Shown piece after piece: positions 57,621-64,000 of a stretch of 64,000 nucleotides of DNA (the stretch's first letter is position 1; every line of letters begins with the position of its first letter). Made by a program: the position numbers and the translations under genes. The DNA lies in IMG/VR virus record IMGVR_UViG_3300033069_002007, positions 20,908-84,907 of that record, one strand, 5' to 3'. This stretch comes from a virus. Taxonomy: Duplodnaviria; Caudoviricetes. The notes below the pieces were generated by a model. It saw nothing but the letters and a program-made list of their open reading frames with translations, made no database searches and was not told where the DNA came from.

Positions 57621-59822
57621 ATGAGTTATCGTTTAAAAACAGAACAACCTGATTTTTCAGCATTTGTTACTCAATCAAATCCACAAGTAGGTGGTATGGT
57701 TATCAAATCTAGGAAGGGTACAAAAGTACCAAAACTTACTCAGGGTGAAAAGCAAGTTACTCTAAGATATGGTAAACCAAATCCTAATTATCATGGCGTA
57801 TTCGAAGCAATAGAATATGGTCGAGTTGCTCCAATTATTATCTCGTCAGCTTTAGGATCTAATTATAGATATGCTGGGGTTGATGTTAAGACAACTGAAG
57901 TTGTACCATTTGGTTCTCGTGCAGGTAGGATCTTTGAAACTTTTAGTTCTAGTTCTTATTCTTCAGTCGAATCCAATGCTTCTTATCTTGCAGCAACTGG
58001 AGCTGATGGAAAAACAGTTTCTTTCTCAGGAACTATTACCCCTTCTACAGTTTTACCAGCAATCGTAAGTTCAGTTCAATTATCTGTAGGTGGTAATGTT
58101 TTAGAAACTACAGTTGATGGAACCCTAAATACGATTTCTGGAGATGCTTTAGCATCAGGATCATTTAATGAAACTTCTGGCGCTTACAATATAACTTTTA
58201 ATGGTGAAGCAGGAACTGTTGCAACTTATACTTCAACCGTTGAAATTGCTACTACAGTTGATTTATCAGCTGGTGCAGTTGATAAACTAGTTAACTTAGA
58301 AATTGATGGTGCTCTTTATCAAAATATTAATTTTGGACAAGCTACCGGAACTTCAAAAGTATCTATTGTTAATGTTATCAATGCTGCAGTAGGTAGAACA
58401 GTTGCTTCAGTCACTGGAAGTAATATTAAAATTGATGGTTTAGTAGCTTCAGCTAATGTTGGTTCAGTTAAAATTACTGCTCCTTCTAGTGGAACATCAG
58501 GATTGAATTTAATCTTTGATGCTCTTGCTACATCAATAACTGGTACATCAGCTACTTCACCAACAGGATTCGTTCCTAAAGCAGGCGAAGAAGTTGAATT
58601 TAATTTTAACTATCTAGTAGATATTAAATCAGATACTTCTTTCTCTTTATTTACTGCATCACCTTTTGATGATGATTTAGAAGTTTATGATATTAAAGTA
58701 TCTAGAATTAGTGGAAAACAATATCGAGCAATCTTGTATCTAGTTGATACATTTGGTCCATCTGAAGTCGATACTTTTGAATTCTCTTTGATTAGGGAGA
58801 AAAATGCTTTTGGTAAATCATTGTATTATGAGGATGTATTCCTTGATAGTGACTACTTAAAGATTTTTGTTAACTCAGAGTATTCTGGTGTAGCTGATCC
58901 TCTGGTCGAAACAGTAAGATTAAGTGGTGGAGATAGAGGAGATGAACCAACAAGTTCAGACTTCTTAGAATGTTATAATTATTTCCAACAAGCAAATGTT
59001 TATAAAGTTAAAACATTCATGGATCCTTATGGTACAAACCTTAATAATCTCATAAATGTTATCACTAACTATCAACCTTATGCTACTGGAATCACTGTTG
59101 TTCCTCAAGGTAATAATGCTTTAGCTGCTAAAACTTATAGAGTTAATTCAGGAGTTGATTTTGATGGAGTTGCTCTTTATACTAACTGGTTGAAGATCAA
59201 TGATACTTATAATAACTCTTTTGCTTGGACTTCAGGGGTAGGAAAAATCGGAGTTAAATATTCACAAATGAGTGATGTTTATGATGGTCTCGCTCCTGCA
59301 GGAACTGATGAACAAGGAAGAGGTGGTCAGCTAAGAGGTGGATTTGAAATCAAAGAAGTTGAGTATGATTACACTGATGCTGATTTAGAACTTCTAAATG
59401 ATGCGAATATAAACCCAATCATTAAAAAACCTTCTTATGGTGTCATGATTTATGGAGATAGAACTCTTCAAGTTTTAAACTCTGATACTTCATTTATACC
59501 ACATAGAAGATTATTTAACAAAATGATTGAGGATATAACAACTCAGATTTTAGAGAAACAAATCTTCAAGCTAAATGATCCTATTCATAGATTGTTAGCT
59601 AAGACTCAAGCAGAAACCTATATTGCTCCAATATTAGCTCTTAGTTTATTGAGAGAAGTATATGTTCAATGTGATGAGAATAATAACAATGATGCAGTAC
59701 TTCAGGTAAGGAAATTTATCTTGGATGTGTTTGTGAAAGTTTCCCCGTTCAGTGAGTTTGTCACTTTAAGACTTACAAGGCTACCGCAAGGGGGTGTCCT
59801 GGCTAGTTTTATTCAACAATAA
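57621..59822 (+). CDS. Contractile tail sheath protein (gp18-like)
   Basis: LSGGDRGD, WT, APAG...RG, LNDANINPI, IYGDRTL, RRLF, CDENNN. Confidence 0.92.
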   Translation: MSYRLKTEQPDFSAFVTQSNPQVGGMVIKSRKGTKVPKLTQGEKQVTLRYGKPNPNYHGVFEAIEYGRVAPIIISSALGSNYRYAGVDVKTTEVVPFGSRAGRIFETFSSSSYSSVESNASYLAATGADGKTVSFSGTITPSTVLPAIVSSVQLSVGGNVLETTVDGTLNTISGDALASGSFNETSGAYNITFNGEAGTVATYTSTVEIATTVDLSAGAVDKLVNLEIDGALYQNINFGQATGTSKVSIVNVINAAVGRTVASVTGSNIKIDGLVASANVGSVKITAPSSGTSGLNLIFDALATSITGTSATSPTGFVPKAGEEVEFNFNYLVDIKSDTSFSLFTASPFDDDLEVYDIKVSRISGKQYRAILYLVDTFGPSEVDTFEFSLIREKNAFGKSLYYEDVFLDSDYLKIFVNSEYSGVADPLVETVRLSGGDRGDEPTSSDFLECYNYFQQANVYKVKTFMDPYGTNLNNLINVITNYQPYATGITVVPQGNNALAAKTYRVNSGVDFDGVALYTNWLKINDTYNNSFAWTSGVGKIGVKYSQMSDVYDGLAPAGTDEQGRGGQLRGGFEIKEVEYDYTDADLELLNDANINPIIKKPSYGVMIYGDRTLQVLNSDTSFIPHRRLFNKMIEDITTQILEKQIFKLNDPIHRLLAKTQAETYIAPILALSLLREVYVQCDENNNNDAVLQVRKFILDVFVKVSPFSEFVTLRLTRLPQGGVLASFIQQ

Positions 59823-59832
59823 TTAAATTTAT

Positions 59833-59871
59833 AAAACTATTCCTTCTTACCTATCAGGAAGGAATGGTTTT
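59833..59871 (+). terminator. Hairpin terminator after sheath gene (also at 3' end of convergent HNH gene)
   Basis: AAAACTATTCCTTC...GAAGGAATGGTTTT inverted repeat. Confidence 0.6.
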
Positions 59872-60875
59872 ACTTTTTTATTGTTCCTACCTCGCTTATG
59901 AGATTTACTAATATTATCCTTATGGTTTTGAGTGAATGGTAACTTACCTCTACTATATCCTAAAATCACATAACTATCTAATTCAGAAGGCCAAATCATT
60001 TTCATAATATTAAGTTCTAGATTCTTAATCCAAATCCTATTCTTTTTAAGTGTACCCATTTTCAATCTAGTATTAACGGTATGATTCTTTTCATACATAC
60101 CATTTAGTTCACCTCGTCTAATACATTTAGCTATATGTTCAGGAGAATGTTTTTTGTTTTTCGATTTTTTAGATAAGCTGATTCTTTGTTTATGTTCTAC
60201 TGATCTAACCTTATTCCATCCTCGTTTATACCCTAAGCTTATATAAGTTTGTAAATCTTTTTCATTTATAAATTCAACTAGGTCTAATTCAGAATTATAA
60301 ACCCATATCTTACCTCTATTTTTAATAGCTGGATTGTTCTCCCCTCGTCTTCTTTGTTTTTGCTCTTCTGTCCATTTGTTAGTACCTCTCAATCTCATAG
60401 TAGCTATTCGTTTTAGTATCTCTTCTTTTGTCTTCACTCTACCAGTTGAGGATATACTGTTTTTACGTTTTTGAGCTGCTGTTTTAGGAACTCCAAGCAT
60501 TCTTTTTCGACTTTCTTCAACATTATACATTTTAGCTAAAGCTATATCGAGGTCGGTTATTTTTACATCTAACTTATATTTAATATAATTACTTTTAGTC
60601 ATTCGTATGAATGCATATTTCATTTTAACTTTTGCTTGACCTTCACACATTTTTACTAAGAGCTTATGAGCTATTTTATGTTCTCTCCATTTGAATAAGA
60701 CCTTATTGTTAAAGTGATTATCTCCTCCTAAACTTTTAGGTATTATGTGATGACCTTCACAGTAATTATCAGGAGTAAATAATTTAGATGACTCTACTTT
60801 TTGTAATACGTCAGTGATTTTTCGTTTGTAAACGAGTTGAAAGTAAATCCGAGTGTATTTGTTAGGAATAAACAT
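59847..60875 (-). mobile_element. Free-standing HNH homing endonuclease with NUMOD3-like repeats, antisense in tail operon
   Basis: EGHHIIPKSLGG...N...REHKIAH; HSPEHIAK, HTVNTRLKM repeats. Confidence 0.85.
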
Positions 60876-61101
60876 TTTCGTATCCTTGAGAATCGAAACT
60901 CTACCAAAGTTTTCGACTTCATTTAATTAGTATGAGGAAGTAAAAAAGGCGGACAACGAAGTTCCTCTTTTACTTGTCAGATTGGTAGTCCTATCCTCGA
61001 TATTTAGTATATAATAAATAAGAAACGGTTAGACTTATCTGTTACACAATACTTTTAGTCAGTCATACTAATTATGAGATAAGTGAGGATGAAATAATAA
61101 T

Positions 61102-61611
61102 ATGATTGAATATGTAACTGGCCTCCAGGATGACACGATGTCGAATATGTTTGGTATACTTTTCCCGGAAGGAATTCCGGGAGGTGGTAATGCTGAACTT
61201 CTAAGACTTAGAATGGATCAAGCGTTTGATGAACCAGAAAGAATCGTAGGTCAATATGAAGTTAACTGGGAAGGTATTAAATTACCTAAAACTGGTTCAG
61301 AGGAAACTACAAAAGAATTTACTCTAGCATTTAGAGTAGATATTAACCATGAAGTATATCGTGCAATTAAAAATTGGTGGAATCTAGTTCTTAATCCTGA
61401 TACTGGAGCTATGGGATTAGAATCTGAAACTCGAGTATCAATGATTCATAATGCTTATGGACCTCCTAATAAAACGATCAAATATTCTAAGAGATATAAT
61501 GGAGTTAAGATCAAAAGTTATAAACCAACTACTTGGGATCCTAATGCAACTGCTGAACCGTCTAGGGTTGAATGTGGTTTCATTTATGCTTCGATAGATG
61601 ATCTAACATAA
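61102..61611 (+). CDS. Tail tube protein (gp19-like)
   Basis: Follows sheath; 169 aa; EFTLAFRVD...AIKNWWNLV pattern. Confidence 0.8.
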   Translation: MIEYVTGLQDDTMSNMFGILFPEGIPGGGNAELLRLRMDQAFDEPERIVGQYEVNWEGIKLPKTGSEETTKEFTLAFRVDINHEVYRAIKNWWNLVLNPDTGAMGLESETRVSMIHNAYGPPNKTIKYSKRYNGVKIKSYKPTTWDPNATAEPSRVECGFIYASIDDLT

Positions 61612-61614
61612 TGA

Positions 61615-62238
61615 ATGTTTGCTGATCTAGACCGACAAACAATTAAGAAGTTAGTTATGATGGAACTTCAGCAAAAAAATAAGCTGAAGTTTTTCATAAC
61701 ACCCACTAAAGAAGGTTTAACCAGTGGTAGTCTAGGAGCTGGTCTAGCCGGTGGGGCATTAGCATTAGCTGGTAATTTAATTACCACAACTTATATTATA
61801 GATATTACTTTTCCCGCTTCATTATCCATTGAATATGATGACAATACTTTAAGACCTAAATCCTTAGTTAAAGGTGGAGAAGTAGTAATAACTTTCTTAG
61901 AAGATGAGAAAGGAACAGTTTGGAGATATCTTCAAACCTGGAGAAAGACAATAGCTTATGTTTCTCCTCCTAAAGGCGGAATAGTTTCAGGACCAACCAG
62001 TGTTTTATTTTCATCAAATGTTGAATATGTATTTGCTGATAATCAAGAAGCTTCCGAAAGAATAGGAATACTAATATTATCAACGGCTAAAAAAACAGGA
62101 TATAAATTTCCTAGAATTATGTTTTACGGTTTAAAATTTAAAGGGATTGAAGATATAACTTTAGGTTATACTCAATCTGGTAACTTGACTTATAGTTTAA
62201 AATGTTCAGTTAGAGAAGTAGCGGCACCATTAGTTTAA
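61615..62238 (+). CDS. Tube-fold baseplate/tail initiator protein (gp48/gp54-like)
   Basis: Position; VITFLEDEKGTVWRYLQTW tube-like motif. Confidence 0.6.
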   Translation: MFADLDRQTIKKLVMMELQQKNKLKFFITPTKEGLTSGSLGAGLAGGALALAGNLITTTYIIDITFPASLSIEYDDNTLRPKSLVKGGEVVITFLEDEKGTVWRYLQTWRKTIAYVSPPKGGIVSGPTSVLFSSNVEYVFADNQEASERIGILILSTAKKTGYKFPRIMFYGLKFKGIEDITLGYTQSGNLTYSLKCSVREVAAPLV

Positions 62239-62247
62239 GGAGAATAA

Positions 62248-63435
62248 ATGAACGAAGGCGAAAAAAAATTAATCCATCCAGAAGAGTTATTAAAGAAAGG
62301 TAAAATAACAAGAACTTCAACTAGTATTCCTTCAGTTGAAAATACTGAAGATAAAGAGGAACAAAAGTATTCATTTGATCCTGCAATAAATTCAGGTAGT
62401 ACAGTTAAAGTAACTTTTGAATCTGGTGGAAGATTTGGAAATCCTAAGTATCTTTTAATCAAAGATATGCACGGATTACATTTAGAAAATATTATCACTG
62501 CTAAAGAGGATAGACTCTTAGAAACATTAGTTGCTTGTTTGAACGAATGTGTAATCGAACCTAAAGGGTTTGATGTCGGTGATCTAACTAATGATGAGTT
62601 TTTTGAACTTATGTTAGGTATGAAATTAGCATTCGACTCAGTTGAATTGAAACATAAATGGCAACATAAATGTCAAGAAAATGTTCCAGAGAAGGATAGA
62701 AAACTTTCTGAGTCTTCTATTGACTTAAGAAATGTAACTACTATGAGTATCGAACAGACTGATGAGGAACTCAGATCATTTGCAAAAGCAAGATTCGATG
62801 AGTATTCTGAGGATCAATTTAAATCATATCTTATTTCCAAATATGGAAAATTAGTAGAGTCTACTCCTGAAGAGGAAGTAAAAAATATACAAGTAAGAGA
62901 ACCTATTAAGATTCCTAGTCATGAAGGAACATACGAGTACAATTTCATGAGGATTAAATACCTTATTGAAGCTCATAGGTTAGCAGGAAAAGAATTTGAT
63001 CACAAAATTAGAATAGAGACAAACAAATCCTATACTGGTATGTCTCCTGAACAAATGCAAGCTGTTCGTGAGGAAAAGATTGAAGAAATAAACAGAGAGA
63101 AGGCTCGTAAGTTTCTTTCTTATTCTCAAGCATTCTGTTTAGTCGCTAAAGATACTCCTGATGGAAAGATAACATTTAATACTATAGAAGAAAAAGTAAC
63201 TGCTAGAAATACTATTCCTAGAAGTGTATCATTAAACTATATGAAAGCTGTTCAAACAATTAAATACGGTATACAGCATGAATGTGACTTATTCTGCGAC
63301 CTCTGTGAAGAGTCAGAAAGGAGGGAACTTCAACGGATCATCACTCCTTTCGAGCTCATACCAGTTTCTGATTCTCCGAGAGATTTTACCAAACGAGGAT
63401 TACAACAGCCTACAGGATTTGATTTTCATTTTTAA
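62248..63435 (+). CDS. Tail assembly chaperone / gp26-like protein
   Basis: Between tube and tape measure; DLTNDEFFELMLGMK gp26-like helix; Cys/His clusters. Confidence 0.6.
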   Translation: MNEGEKKLIHPEELLKKGKITRTSTSIPSVENTEDKEEQKYSFDPAINSGSTVKVTFESGGRFGNPKYLLIKDMHGLHLENIITAKEDRLLETLVACLNECVIEPKGFDVGDLTNDEFFELMLGMKLAFDSVELKHKWQHKCQENVPEKDRKLSESSIDLRNVTTMSIEQTDEELRSFAKARFDEYSEDQFKSYLISKYGKLVESTPEEEVKNIQVREPIKIPSHEGTYEYNFMRIKYLIEAHRLAGKEFDHKIRIETNKSYTGMSPEQMQAVREEKIEEINREKARKFLSYSQAFCLVAKDTPDGKITFNTIEEKVTARNTIPRSVSLNYMKAVQTIKYGIQHECDLFCDLCEESERRELQRIITPFELIPVSDSPRDFTKRGLQQPTGFDFHF

Positions 63436-63601
63436 TGATGAATTTCATCTTCCCGATACAGTCTTTTATACTTTACCTTGGCATTCAATTAAAGCAAAGT
63501 ATAAGAGATTAAAAAGAAAGTGGAAAGAACAGAAACAACAGAGAGACAAGGCAGAACAAGAAATGAAGGCTGCTAGGTCAAGATCAAAAAGTAGGAGATA
63601 G
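63431..63601 (+). CDS. +1-frame extension of chaperone (GT-like product), likely reached by ribosomal frameshift at TTT-TAA
   Basis: Open +1 frame overlapping the stop, no plausible own SD/start, ends just before next late promoter. Confidence 0.55.
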   Translation, partial: FNDEFHLPDTVFYTLPWHSIKAKYKRLKRKWKEQKQQRDKAEQEMKAARSRSKSRR

Positions 63602-63613
63602 ATACTAATAGGT

Positions 63614-64000
63614 ATGGCTCTTGACGGAATGACTTTTCCTATACCTCTTCCCGTTATCCTTAGTCAAGGGGAAGAGGAACCTGCCTCTTTAGATGAACAA
63701 AAAGAACAAACTGATATTCTAGATGAGCAAAATAAACGTGACCAAGAATATATGCGTTTGTTTGGAATGGATTCTAAGAAAGAAGATAAACAGAGAAAAG
63801 AAGAATCCAAACTAAATAAACTAAGAGATAAACTTCAGAAGCAATGGGATAAGTTAGGTATAGCTAGATTCTTCAAAACATTACTTGGTAAGATAGGACT
63901 TATGGCTGTAGGTCTAGCAGCGATGGGTGGAGGATTATTATCTGGTCTATTCAGTGATCTAATGGAATTGATGCTGTTTGCTGCAGTAGACCCTAATGGG
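63614..64000 (+). CDS. Tape measure protein, 5' part (runs off window)
   Basis: MALDGMTFP... open to end; charged coiled region then G/A/L-rich hydrophobic segment; position after chaperone. Confidence 0.65.
   Translation, partial: MALDGMTFPIPLPVILSQGEEEPASLDEQKEQTDILDEQNKRDQEYMRLFGMDSKKEDKQRKEESKLNKLRDKLQKQWDKLGIARFFKTLLGKIGLMAVGLAAMGGGLLSGLFSDLMELMLFAAVDPNG

Noticed and set aside
63278-63430. Independent start at ATG 63278 for the 107-aa ORF
   Set aside because: No SD, lies deep within the upstream gene, and its N-terminal part looks like non-coding frame; the frameshift explanation is preferred
1-64000. Stop-codon reassignment (TAG=Gln, code 15) as in some large phages
   Set aside because: Conserved genes are full length in the standard code, and TAG serves as a normal stop (e.g. 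7782, 46194)
1-64000. CRISPR array or tRNA genes
   Set aside because: No regularly spaced direct repeats and no cloverleaf with T-loop/anticodon arms seen in the short intergenic regions

Overview
64 kb segment of a large, AT-rich, lytic-type contractile-tailed (T4-like/jumbo) phage genome in the standard genetic code. From about 0.75 to 31.6 kb genes are mostly on the minus strand: rIIA/rIIB, DenV-like glycosylase, DEDDh exonuclease, HDAC-family deacetylase, SbcD, DnaB, 5'-3' exonuclease, RecA, putative SSB, UvrD and a 9-gene 7-deazaguanine DNA-modification cluster (ParB-like, dpdA, glycosyltransferase, dpdL-like T-fold, wHTH, folE, queE, PRTase, queD; no queC in the window). After an AT-rich strand switch at about 31.7 kb the plus strand carries DnaC-like loader, a class II ribonucleotide reductase fractured into two genes by a split intein with a GIY-YIG endonuclease gene between the halves, Tad2-like protein, dUTPase, family-B polymerase, SNF2 helicase, AAA+ ATPase, IF-1, RuvC, DnaX, a second glycosyltransferase, SbcC and DnaN. 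It ends with tail genes (terminator, sheath, tube, chaperone with a probable +1 frameshift, start of tape measure). Two recurrent upstream motifs (TATTTAT[T/G]AT before replication/metabolism genes, ATACTAAT before structural and homing-endonuclease genes) and one sigma70-type promoter suggest a three-stage transcription program. All family calls come from recognised sequence motifs; no searches were run.
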